From: Candidatus Komeilibacteria bacterium RIFOXYD1_FULL_37_29
GTDB taxonomy: Bacteria > Patescibacteriota > Patescibacteriia > UBA1558 > GWA2-36-10
Assembly: GCA_001818495.1 (NCBI GenBank)
Contig: MHKS01000005.1
Coordinates: 12,288-76,287, forward strand
DNA: 64,000 nt
Direction: 5' to 3'
The notes below the pieces were generated by a model. The model ran no database searches, was not told where the DNA came from, and saw only the letters and a list, made by a program, of their open reading frames with translations. Below are positions 29,686 to 38,608 of this stretch, one piece after another (position 1 is the stretch's first letter; each line of letters opens with the position of its first letter). The position numbers and the translations under genes were made by a program.

Positions 29686-31116
29686 TTGAATATGTCAACA
29701 GCTAATAAAATATTTACCAATACTCTTTGGCAGGTTGTCATTAGAATCGTCAATGTTTTTATTGGCGTTTTTTCTTTGGCCTTGGTCACCCGCATGCTGG
29801 GTCAAGTTGGTTTTGGATATTATACTACTATCTTTGCCTTTGTTCAGATTTTTGCTATTTTGGCTGATTTGGGATTGTACATGGCTATGCTGAGGGAAAT
29901 TTCATCTGCCAAAGATAAGGAGAGTGAAAATAAAATTATCAATAATATTTTTACTATTCGGATCTTGTCTTCTTTTTTGATGTTGGTGTTGATTGTGGTG
30001 GCCATTCAGTTTTTTCCTTATGATAAAGTAGTTAAAACTGGCGTTATATTTTTTATGGGTACTTTCTTTTTTCAGACTTTGATTACTACTTTAACAGCGG
30101 TATTTTCCAAATATTTGGATATGGCCAAAGTAGCCTTGGTAGATTTCGCGAATAAAATATTATATGCTGGATTTTTGCTTTACCTTTTTGTTTATGGGTT
30201 TTCTTTAAAGGCTATACTGTTAGGAAATAGTTTTACTATGGCCGTTTCTTTTATTTTATTATTATTATTTTTTAAGCGCTACGGACGTTTATCTTTGTCT
30301 TGGGATTTTGGTTATTGGAAAATAGTTTTTAAACGTTCTTGGCCATTGGCTATTACGGTAGTTTTAAACTTATTATATTTTAAAGCCGACACCTTGGTTT
30401 TATCTGTTTATCGTCCACCAGCCGAAGTTGGCCTCTATGGTGCCCCTTATCGAGTATTAGAAGTGATGGCTACCTTTCCCCATATGTTTATGTCTTTAAT
30501 TTTGCCCATTTTTACTGCTCATTGGATAGCTAAAAAGAGTCAAGAGTTAAAGCAAAGTTTCCAGTATAATTTTGATTTTTTCAGCATTTTATCAGTGGCT
30601 ATGTTATTTAGCATCTGGTTAGTCAGTCGCCCGTTGATGATCAAATTGGCCGGTCCAGACTTTGCTCTTTCCGGGCCAATTTTGGATATTTTAATTGTCG
30701 CGACAGTCGGTATATTTTTTGGGACATTGTTTATATATATGGTTGTAGCTATTGATGCCCAAAAGCAAATGATTAAATATTTTTTCTTCGCAGCTGTGAT
30801 AGCTCTCGTTGGTTATTTTATTTTTATACCAATTTATTCTTACTGGGGTGCGGCTTATATGACGTTGTTTGTAGAGTGGCTAATAACTTTTTTTGCTTGG
30901 CGAGTTGTTTACAAAAACACTTCTTTGAGAGTAAATTTAAAAGTGTTTTATAAAAGTTTACTGGCCGGAGCAATAGCTTTTTTCGTAGCCAAGATGTTTG
31001 GTGCTTATAATATAATTTTTGTTCTCTTGGTGTCCTGGCTTTTATATCTAGTCGTTTTAGCATTACTAAAAACGGTCAGTCGTGCACAACTTAAAAATAT
31101 ATTTTTAGCTAAATAA
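29686..31116 (+). CDS. MOP-superfamily oligosaccharide flippase (Wzx-like)
   Basis: 476 aa with 12-14 TM helices and the polysaccharide-biosynthesis-protein family layout. Confidence 0.8.
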   Translation: MNMSTANKIFTNTLWQVVIRIVNVFIGVFSLALVTRMLGQVGFGYYTTIFAFVQIFAILADLGLYMAMLREISSAKDKESENKIINNIFTIRILSSFLMLVLIVVAIQFFPYDKVVKTGVIFFMGTFFFQTLITTLTAVFSKYLDMAKVALVDFANKILYAGFLLYLFVYGFSLKAILLGNSFTMAVSFILLLLFFKRYGRLSLSWDFGYWKIVFKRSWPLAITVVLNLLYFKADTLVLSVYRPPAEVGLYGAPYRVLEVMATFPHMFMSLILPIFTAHWIAKKSQELKQSFQYNFDFFSILSVAMLFSIWLVSRPLMIKLAGPDFALSGPILDILIVATVGIFFGTLFIYMVVAIDAQKQMIKYFFFAAVIALVGYFIFIPIYSYWGAAYMTLFVEWLITFFAWRVVYKNTSLRVNLKVFYKSLLAGAIAFFVAKMFGAYNIIFVLLVSWLLYLVVLALLKTVSRAQLKNIFLAK

Positions 31117-31128
31117 CAAAACAAACAT

Positions 31129-32394
31129 ATGATAAACATTTTTTTCTTACTGTTTTTAATAATTTTTATAATGGTGGCTTATCGCAATTTATTGTGGGGT
31201 ATTGGGGCGATCATAGTGCTTTTGCCTACTTATCTTTGGCGTTTTGAATTTATTATTTTTCCCACTAGTTTCTTGGAATTAATGATTATCGCTCTTTTTG
31301 TAATTTGGCTGGTTAAAGATAAAAGATATTCTCAAATAAATTTTTCTTTAAATAAAAAAACCAACAATGCTTTATCTGGGCCCCTCCAATATTTACTAGG
31401 GCTGTGGTTGATAGTCAGTGTCTTGGCTCTTTTGACTAATTTTACTTGGGGATCTCTGGGCCTATGGCGAGCTTATTTTTTAGAACCCATGATGTTCTTG
31501 TTAGTTTTTGTTTACTCCGTTAAAGGTATAAGGGATTTAAAATTTATTATTGTTTGTTTGATGATGCTTTTGTTGTGGCTATTTGAAATTGCCATGTATC
31601 AAAATTTTACTAATTATAATTATCTCTTAGCTTATAATTTTCCCCATATTAAGCGTCTGACTGGCCCATTCCTTTATCCCAATGCTCTTAGTCTCTTAAC
31701 AGCTCCGCTGGCAGCTTTATTTTCTGGTTTATGGATTTATAGTAAAGATAAGCTTCAAAATATTCATTATCTAGTTTTGGCTATCATGGGTGTGGTTTTA
31801 GCTGTTTTGTCAGTTAGTCAGGGGGCTATTTTAGCTATTGGGATATCTTTATTTTTATGTCTAATTTTAGCTAAAAAATGGTATAAATATGGGATAGCTA
31901 TTTTATTGGTTCTAGCTTTGGGTGTTTTACTGATAGTATCGACTCTAGATTTTAATCCGCGTTTAAATTTACAATCCAGCTCTTTAGATATTCGTTTTAA
32001 TCAATGGCAAGAAACCAGAACTATGTTATCTGATAATTTTGTCTTGGGTTCTGGTTTGGCTGGTTATCAGAACGCTTTAAAGCCCTACCATCAGACAGAT
32101 TGGTTAGAAATTTTCCTCTATCCCCATAATATATTTTTAAATTTTTGGACGGAATTAGGAATAATGGGGCTGGGAATTTTTATTTCTCTACTGGTCTATC
32201 TGGGCTGTCTGCTTAAAAAAATATTTAAATATAATTATAGTTTATTTTGGCCACTGACTCTGATGTGGAGTACCTGGTTAATACATGGCTTGGTGGATGT
32301 CCCTTATTTTAAAAATGATTTGGCGGTATTATTTTTTATAATGTTAGGTTTTACTTTTTTAGTATCTACTTATAAGAAAGATGTTAAAATTTAG
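31129..32394 (+). CDS. Wzy_C / O-antigen ligase-family membrane protein (polymerase, ligase or O-oligosaccharyltransferase-like)
   Basis: 421 aa polytopic protein with a periplasmic loop after TM9 and a YPHN motif, typical of the Wzy_C superfamily. Confidence 0.6.
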   Translation: MINIFFLLFLIIFIMVAYRNLLWGIGAIIVLLPTYLWRFEFIIFPTSFLELMIIALFVIWLVKDKRYSQINFSLNKKTNNALSGPLQYLLGLWLIVSVLALLTNFTWGSLGLWRAYFLEPMMFLLVFVYSVKGIRDLKFIIVCLMMLLLWLFEIAMYQNFTNYNYLLAYNFPHIKRLTGPFLYPNALSLLTAPLAALFSGLWIYSKDKLQNIHYLVLAIMGVVLAVLSVSQGAILAIGISLFLCLILAKKWYKYGIAILLVLALGVLLIVSTLDFNPRLNLQSSSLDIRFNQWQETRTMLSDNFVLGSGLAGYQNALKPYHQTDWLEIFLYPHNIFLNFWTELGIMGLGIFISLLVYLGCLLKKIFKYNYSLFWPLTLMWSTWLIHGLVDVPYFKNDLAVLFFIMLGFTFLVSTYKKDVKI

Positions 32395-32998
32395 TAAATT
32401 ATTATACCCCTCCGGCTTGATTTTAATCTTAGTTAATCTTACTCCCATTATTGGGCTATTATTTTGGGATTGGGATGTTTTTACTATTATTATTTTATAT
32501 TGGATGGAGTCAGCGGTAGTGGGGTTTTTCAATATTTTGAAAATGCAAAGGATAAACAATTATGTCTTTTCTCCAGCCCTGCCACTTTTTATTGTGCATT
32601 ATTCTATTTTTATGTTTGTTCATTTATTTTTTATTTTGCAATTTTTTAAACCAGACTTAGGAAGTGCCATCGAACAATTTGGAGCATTTAAAATAGTTTT
32701 TAAATATTTGGAAGGATTGCTTATCTCTTTGGCTTTTTTATTTTTAAGTCACGGCTTATCTTTTATTTTTAATTTTATAAAAAAAGAGGAATATAAAAAT
32801 AGCAGTCTAGTCAAGCAGATATTTTTTCCTTATCAGAGAATTATTATCATGCAGATAGTTATTTTTTTGATTGGCAGTGGAGTCTTTTATTATGGTTATA
32901 GCCAAGATTTGTCGGCCATAGCCTTTTTGGTTATTTTGAAAATATTTTTTGATTTAGTTGGCCATATTTTTGAACACCGTAAAAATATTTTAAGTTAA
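32381..32998 (+). CDS. hypothetical polytopic membrane protein
   Basis: 205 aa with six hydrophobic helices; 14-nt overlap with the upstream gene. Confidence 0.5.
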   Translation: MLKFSKLLYPSGLILILVNLTPIIGLLFWDWDVFTIIILYWMESAVVGFFNILKMQRINNYVFSPALPLFIVHYSIFMFVHLFFILQFFKPDLGSAIEQFGAFKIVFKYLEGLLISLAFLFLSHGLSFIFNFIKKEEYKNSSLVKQIFFPYQRIIIMQIVIFLIGSGVFYYGYSQDLSAIAFLVILKIFFDLVGHIFEHRKNILS

Positions 32999-33037
32999 TT
33001 TATTTACAAAAAGCTTAAATTTTAGTATAATATAGAC

Positions 33038-33901
33038 ATGAAAAAAGTTAAAAAAGCTATAGTAGCCGTGGCTGGATCCGGTACCAGATTGTTGCCAGCC
33101 ACTAAATCTATGCCTAAAGAAATGTTGCCGATAGTTGATAAACCAGCTATTCAGTGGGTAGTGGAAGAGCTAGTAGCTGGGGGTATAGAGGATATTATTT
33201 TGGTTACTAAATGGGACAAAAAGCCCCTGGAAGATCACTTTGATCATTCTTGGGCTCTAGAGAATGAATTGGCTAAGGCTGGCAAAAAAGATAAGCTAGC
33301 CGAGATTCGTAAGCTTTCCGAAATGGCCAATTTTATCTATGTTCGACAAAAGGGGCCCTATGGAAATGGTACACCAGTTTTGTCCGCTGCTAGTTTGGTA
33401 GACGATGAGCCTTTTATGTATGTTTGGGGAGATGATTTGGTTAAATCTAAGGTTTCTTTTACCAAACAAATGATCGACGAATACAATCGAACTGGTCATT
33501 TGATGATTGGCGTTCAAGAGGTGCCACGTGATCAGGTTAATCGTTATGGTATTGTTAGTTTAAAGGATAAAAAAACTATGCAATTAGACGGCATTATTGA
33601 AAAGCCAGATATCAAATCTGCCCCCTCTCGATTGGCCGATTTTGGACGCATGATACTCAATCAAGATATTATCAATGTTTTACGTAAAACAAAATTGGGT
33701 AAAGGCAAAGAACTTTGGATTGTGGACGCTATACGTGATTATATCAAAGCGGGTGGTGAATTTTATGCTAAGAAAATAGAAGACGGTCAGTGGTTGACTA
33801 CCGGGGACCCTTTAAATCTTCTTAAAGCCAACTTGGAATATGCCAAAGACAGAAAAGAATTGAGGAGTTTTTTAAAAAAATATCTCCAAAATTTAAAATA
33901 A
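33038..33901 (+). CDS. galU: UTP--glucose-1-phosphate uridylyltransferase
   Basis: N-terminal KAIVAVAGSGTRLLPATKSMPKEMLPIVDKPAIQ; predicted near-leaderless transcript from TTTACA-17-TATAAT. Confidence 0.9.
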   Translation: MKKVKKAIVAVAGSGTRLLPATKSMPKEMLPIVDKPAIQWVVEELVAGGIEDIILVTKWDKKPLEDHFDHSWALENELAKAGKKDKLAEIRKLSEMANFIYVRQKGPYGNGTPVLSAASLVDDEPFMYVWGDDLVKSKVSFTKQMIDEYNRTGHLMIGVQEVPRDQVNRYGIVSLKDKKTMQLDGIIEKPDIKSAPSRLADFGRMILNQDIINVLRKTKLGKGKELWIVDAIRDYIKAGGEFYAKKIEDGQWLTTGDPLNLLKANLEYAKDRKELRSFLKKYLQNLK

Positions 33902-33911
33902 TTTTTTAAAC

Positions 33912-35294
33912 ATGCTTGTAAAAAGAAAAATAAAATTATCAACCTTATGCTTATTGGTGATTTTAATAATTAACTCTGGTTTTAGTTGTAAATGGAATCC
34001 TTTTCGTTCTGATCCAGAGCTTTATGAGCCAGTCACTTTGGAATACTGGGGCGTTTGGGATACCCCAGAACAATTACAAACTTTAATTACTGATTATACT
34101 CAGTCTCATCCAACGGTTAAGGTGAATTATAGAAATTTTAGATACGAAGAATATGAAAGAAAATTGTTGGAAGCCTGGGCTGATGACAGAGGCCCTGATG
34201 TCTTTGCTATTCCTTCTACTTGGTTAAAAAGTTACAAGTCTCGTTTGGTTCCAATGCCCGATACTCACCAAATCCCGATTTATGAGCTACAAGGTACTCT
34301 TAAAAAAGAGCAAGTGACCGTATTGAAAACTTTCCGTGGTTTATCAGCCAACGAAGTAAAGAATCAATATGTTTCTGTGGTTTATGACGATGTGATAATG
34401 GATGGTCAGGTCTATGGTCTGCCCTATTATTTGGATACTTTAGCCACTTTTTATAACATTGATTTATTGACACAAGCCGGCATTGCTGAGCCAATTGATG
34501 ATTTTTTTGATTTGGTCGAGCAGGCACCTCGTTTGACTAAGGTTACCGATAGTAATCGTATTATTCAGTCAGCTGTAGCCTTGGGTGGTACTCAAAATAT
34601 TCCGCGTTTTTTTGATATTTTTTCTAGTATCATGCTACAAAACGGTGTAGAAGCCGACGGTAGTCACTTTGATCCTTTGGCTAGTAGGGAATCAGCTACT
34701 CGTTTGGCTCAGGCTTTTGGTTTTTATACGGATTTTTCTCGTCCTGGAAAGGCTAGCTATAGTTGGAACAGCGAAGCGGAAGATGCTTTGGAAATGTTTG
34801 CCAACGGTCGTCTAGCTTATTTTTTTGGTTATAGTTATCATGCTGACCAGCTTCGATCTAGAAATTTACAATTTGATTGGGATATTAAAAATTTTCCACA
34901 GACCCGTGGTGCCCAAGGCACCAAGTATTATGCCGACTACTGGATTAATGTAGTGGCTAAAAAATCCAAAAATACCGACGCAGCCTGGAATTTTATTCAA
35001 AGTACAGCCGCCGAAGATAAAGTAAAAATTTATTTAGAGGCCAATAAGAGGCCGACGGCTCTACGTTCTTTAATTGATGCTCAGTTGGAAGACTATGAGA
35101 TAGCCACCTTTACTTCCCAAGTTTTAACGGCCAGTAATTGGTATAATGGTTACAATATAGCTTTAGCGGAAAAATATACTCGGGAAATAATTGATGATTT
35201 GGTTTCTGGAAAAATGGTTATGGATAAAGAGGGAACGGTCTTGGAATTATTTGTTAATAAAATTAATCAGACCTATGTACCACCTAGCAACTAA
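33912..35294 (+). CDS. extracellular solute-binding protein (ABC-type sugar SBP family 1), probable lipoprotein
   Basis: Signal peptide ending NSGFSC, then an SBP_bac_1-like body; no permease or ATPase nearby. Confidence 0.7.
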   Translation: MLVKRKIKLSTLCLLVILIINSGFSCKWNPFRSDPELYEPVTLEYWGVWDTPEQLQTLITDYTQSHPTVKVNYRNFRYEEYERKLLEAWADDRGPDVFAIPSTWLKSYKSRLVPMPDTHQIPIYELQGTLKKEQVTVLKTFRGLSANEVKNQYVSVVYDDVIMDGQVYGLPYYLDTLATFYNIDLLTQAGIAEPIDDFFDLVEQAPRLTKVTDSNRIIQSAVALGGTQNIPRFFDIFSSIMLQNGVEADGSHFDPLASRESATRLAQAFGFYTDFSRPGKASYSWNSEAEDALEMFANGRLAYFFGYSYHADQLRSRNLQFDWDIKNFPQTRGAQGTKYYADYWINVVAKKSKNTDAAWNFIQSTAAEDKVKIYLEANKRPTALRSLIDAQLEDYEIATFTSQVLTASNWYNGYNIALAEKYTREIIDDLVSGKMVMDKEGTVLELFVNKINQTYVPPSN

Positions 35295-35387
35295 AATTTT
35301 GTAGGTAGGAATAGCCCTCAGTTCTTTTATCAAAATGTGGTTGACTGCCAAAACCTTAAATCATTTTTAAAAAATATTTTAAATATT

Positions 35388-35720
35388 ATGTTTATAAAAA
35401 AAATCATCTTAGCTGTTCTATTATTTCTTCCCAGCCTAGCTCAAGCTCAGGGCGGAGTGCCGTTACCCAATCCTTTGGAAGCTGAAAGCATACCAGAGTT
35501 GGCTGGGCAAATGATTAAAGGTCTTTTAGGAGTCACCGGGGCCATTGCCTTGTTTATGTTGGTCTGGGGAGGTATAGTTTGGATGACTTCTGGGGGTAAT
35601 TCCAATCGCGTAGAGCAGGGTAAAAATACTATTTTATGGGCTATATTGGGGATAGTTATTATATTTATGAGTTATATTATATTGAATTTTGTCTTTGATT
35701 TGATTGGTGGCAATGCCTAG
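35388..35720 (+). CDS. secreted two-TM small protein, paralog 1 (VirB2/TrbC pilin-like topology)
   Basis: Sec signal peptide ending LAQAQ, then TM1, a WMTSGGN loop and TM2. Start moved to MFIKKIIL. Confidence 0.6.
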   Translation: MFIKKIILAVLLFLPSLAQAQGGVPLPNPLEAESIPELAGQMIKGLLGVTGAIALFMLVWGGIVWMTSGGNSNRVEQGKNTILWAILGIVIIFMSYIILNFVFDLIGGNA

Positions 35721-35802
35721 ACACTGTTGATAAAGAATTGTAAAAAAGTGATTTTTGTTTTATACTTTAATTAACATTTTATATTAGAAAGGGGGTGAAA
35801 CA

Positions 35803-36162
35803 ATGAAAAAAATACTTACTTCTTTATTGCTTTTATTACCAGTAGTAGCCAATGCTCAAACAAACCTAGAGGATTGGGGATACAATGATTTTTCAGACAC
35901 TGACATTAAATTAGGATCAAGACCTCTAAGAGACACAATTGGTGGTGTAGTAAACATCATTTTGGGATTTTTAGGAATTTTGACAACTTTAATTATTCTA
36001 ATGGGCGGCTTTAAGTGGATGACTTCACAAGGTAACACTGAAAAAGTTGATGAGGCTAAAAAACTTATCGGCGCTGGTGTTGTCGGTTTAGTTATCGTAT
36101 TAACAGCTTACGCCGTATCTAGATTCGTATTAAGCGAATTATATTCACAAACTGTTGTTTAG
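35803..36162 (+). CDS. secreted two-TM small protein, paralog 2 (VirB2/TrbC pilin-like topology)
   Basis: Signal peptide ending VVANAQ, then TM1, a WMTSQGNTEKV loop and TM2; strong SD (AAAGGGGGTGAAAC). Confidence 0.65.
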   Translation: MKKILTSLLLLLPVVANAQTNLEDWGYNDFSDTDIKLGSRPLRDTIGGVVNIILGFLGILTTLIILMGGFKWMTSQGNTEKVDEAKKLIGAGVVGLVIVLTAYAVSRFVLSELYSQTVV

Positions 36163-36172
36163 TTGACCTATT

Positions 36173-36212
36173 TAGTCTAGACTATAGTAGGTCATTAACT
36201 AATGACCTACTA
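36173..36212. promoter_or_regulatory. two abutting perfect palindromes (12 nt TAGTCTAGACTA and 28 nt TAGTAGGTCATTA-AC-TAATGACCTACTA)
   Basis: Read directly from the sequence, between paralog 2 and 3; no U-run follows. Confidence 0.4.
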
Positions 36213-36238
36213 GAGCTTATACTACATGACAAAAATAG

Positions 36239-36619
36239 ATGTTAAAAAAATTTTATAAATTATCCTTAGCTTTATTTTTATTTTTTGTGCCAGTATTTTT
36301 TGCGTCTGCTCAAGTGATTGGTCAAGATAGTTTAGCTACTGCCGCTCAAAAAGCTGGTTTTGGTGGAGAGACAGATGTTTATGTAATTATTACTCGTTTT
36401 ATCAACGGTTTCCTATCCATTTTTATGATGGTTTTTTTGTATTTTATTATTGCGGCTGGTTTTACTTGGATGACTTCTGGAGGTAATGCTGAAAAGATAA
36501 ATACCGCCAAAGAGACCATTAAATATTCATTGATTGGCATAGTTGTAGCTTTAACTGCTTATTCTCTGGCGCGGTATGTATTATTTGCTATGGGAGCGAC
36601 CACTGGTATTGTCAGGTAA
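36239..36619 (+). CDS. secreted two-TM small protein, paralog 3 (VirB2/TrbC pilin-like topology)
   Basis: Signal peptide ending FFASAQ, then TM1, a WMTSGGNAEKI loop and TM2. Confidence 0.65.
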   Translation: MLKKFYKLSLALFLFFVPVFFASAQVIGQDSLATAAQKAGFGGETDVYVIITRFINGFLSIFMMVFLYFIIAAGFTWMTSGGNAEKINTAKETIKYSLIGIVVALTAYSLARYVLFAMGATTGIVR

Positions 36620-36639
36620 ACATTATTTTGACAAATTTG

Positions 36640-36662
36640 CTCCCCCTAAGGGGAGTTTTTTG
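36640..36662 (+). terminator. intrinsic terminator after paralog 3
   Basis: CTCCCC-ctaa-GGGGAG followed by TTTTTTG. Confidence 0.6.
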
Positions 36663-36701
36663 TTTTCTTTAAAAGATAATTTATGTGGTATAATTAATTT
36701 A

Positions 36702-38594
36702 ATGATAGAAATTTTTAGCAAATACGGCAGTAAATTTTTAGTGGCCTTAATGGGTTTTTATGCCTGTTTGTTTTCTTGGTTAAGCTGGAAAAAATATTAT
36801 AATTTTCATTATAATATTTTTGATTTAGCTATTTTTAATCAAGTTTTTTATAACACTACCCATGGTCGATGGTTTGAGATGACTTTTAATTTACATAATT
36901 ATTTAGCTGATCATTTTTCACCAATTATTTTAGGGTTGCTTCCATTTTATTGGTTGTGGCAGAGTCCGCAAAATTTGTTAATAATACAAAGTATTGTTTT
37001 AGCACTGAGTGGCTGGCCGATTTATTTAATCAGCCAACAAGTTATCGGCCAGAAAAATATTTCTTTAATTATAGTTTGTCTATGGTTTTTAAATTTTATA
37101 CTGCACAATGGTAATTTATATGAATTTCATCTTTTATCCCTGGCGGTATTTTTTGTATTATGGGCTTTTTATTTTTATCAAAAAAATAATTTTAAAATAT
37201 TTTTTCTGTTTTTTGTTTTGGCCTTATTGGTACGCGAAGACATATTCTTGTCTTTACTTGGTTTTTCAATTTTATCTTGTTTGGATAAAAAAGACTATCG
37301 GTGGCGTCTGGCTCCTTTGTTGGGGATTTTATATTTTTTAGGAGCTCTCAAGATAGTTAGTTTTTTCAATTTGGAGACAGAGAATAAATTTTTATTATAT
37401 TATGGTTGGTTGGGAGGAGATGACTTGCTTAGCATATTGTGGGCTTGGGGGACTAATTTTTGGCTATTTTTAGCTCATTTATTTAGTTTAGATAATTTTA
37501 TCAGCTCCCTAATCATTTTAGTTTCAGTGGGATTTTTGCCTTTATTAGCCCCTCGTTATTTGTGGCTTTTATTTTTTCCGCTCTTGCAATTTTTATTCAC
37601 TTCAACTGGGCTAAATAGTGTAGTTTATAGTACGCATTATGGCCTAATTTTTTTGCCGGGGTTGTTTGTTGCTAGTATTTTTGCCTGGAAAAATATATTG
37701 TCTAAAAAAAAGTTTATTTTCAGTTCGGTATTTTATAATAATTTAAATTTTTTTAAGGTCTTATTTATTGTAACAATATTTTATTTTTTTATATTTTTAT
37801 CACCAATTAAAAATATTTTATTTGCCCAGGGGAATTTATCTATAGATAATAATTTAGCCCAAATAAATAAAATTCTATCGCCGTCAGCTAGTTTAGTAGT
37901 TAGCGAAAGTTTGGCGGCGGCTTTTAGTAGTCGGCAGGCAGTTTATCCTTTTCAGTATAGTTATATGGGCCGGGGCCAGTTTTATTTGGAGGAGTTTAAT
38001 TTTCCCGAAGTAGATTATATATTGATTGATACCAACGACATTTTTGAAACACTGGCTTATGTTGATACCAGTAAAGTTATTTTTAATAAAAATTTTGAAC
38101 AAAATATACCCAAGGATTTTAGAGAGCGTTTGGACAATTATATTTTAATTTTTGCTCGCAATAATTTATTATTATGGCAAAATAAAACTATCAGTCAAGA
38201 CAAGGATGCTTTACTTTTGTATAAGTTTATTGACAATCCAGATTTATCTGATAACAGTTCTTTAATATCGGGCTTTGATTATTCTTTTGATTCAGCTGGC
38301 AGTATTTTAAATCTAACTTATCAAAAAACGCAGTTGTTAGAACATAATTATTTGCTACGTTTTTATGCTAAGGATTATTATTTTGATGTGCCTTTAGATT
38401 ATGGCTTATGGCCTCAAGCTGATTGGCCGGAAGATAAGCTTGGTAGTTTTTATTATTATTTAAATCCTGATATTACTGCTTACCAAATTTTTTCTTGGCA
38501 GGGCGAAGTAGCACTAGGACGGTATCGTCAGGCCGAGGTTGATTTTAATCTCAGAGAAATTACTCCTCGTTTGGAGATTGATGGAGCCCTCTAG
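36702..38594 (+). CDS. large polytopic membrane protein, DUF2079-like (putative GT-C-type glycosyltransferase)
   Basis: 630 aa; N-terminal block FDLAIFNQVFYNTTHGRWFEMT...HFSPIILGLLPFYWLW. Start moved downstream of the paralog-3 terminator (track start 36576). Confidence 0.5.
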   Translation: MIEIFSKYGSKFLVALMGFYACLFSWLSWKKYYNFHYNIFDLAIFNQVFYNTTHGRWFEMTFNLHNYLADHFSPIILGLLPFYWLWQSPQNLLIIQSIVLALSGWPIYLISQQVIGQKNISLIIVCLWFLNFILHNGNLYEFHLLSLAVFFVLWAFYFYQKNNFKIFFLFFVLALLVREDIFLSLLGFSILSCLDKKDYRWRLAPLLGILYFLGALKIVSFFNLETENKFLLYYGWLGGDDLLSILWAWGTNFWLFLAHLFSLDNFISSLIILVSVGFLPLLAPRYLWLLFFPLLQFLFTSTGLNSVVYSTHYGLIFLPGLFVASIFAWKNILSKKKFIFSSVFYNNLNFFKVLFIVTIFYFFIFLSPIKNILFAQGNLSIDNNLAQINKILSPSASLVVSESLAAAFSSRQAVYPFQYSYMGRGQFYLEEFNFPEVDYILIDTNDIFETLAYVDTSKVIFNKNFEQNIPKDFRERLDNYILIFARNNLLLWQNKTISQDKDALLLYKFIDNPDLSDNSSLISGFDYSFDSAGSILNLTYQKTQLLEHNYLLRFYAKDYYFDVPLDYGLWPQADWPEDKLGSFYYYLNPDITAYQIFSWQGEVALGRYRQAEVDFNLREITPRLEIDGAL

Positions 38595-38608
38595 CTAACA
38601 TTTTTAAA

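Noticed and set aside
32464-32649. 61-aa internal ORF and other short same-region ORFs (788-988, 2302-2520, 2914-3228, 4163-4438, 4610-4879 and similar)
   Set aside because: They are embedded in or antisense to confidently called genes, with low-complexity translations.
36576-36701. Track start of the large membrane protein, which overlaps the 3' end of pilin-like paralog 3
   Set aside because: The extension overlaps paralog 3 and runs through its terminator hairpin (36640-36662); the in-frame ATG at 36702 after the terminator is much more plausible.
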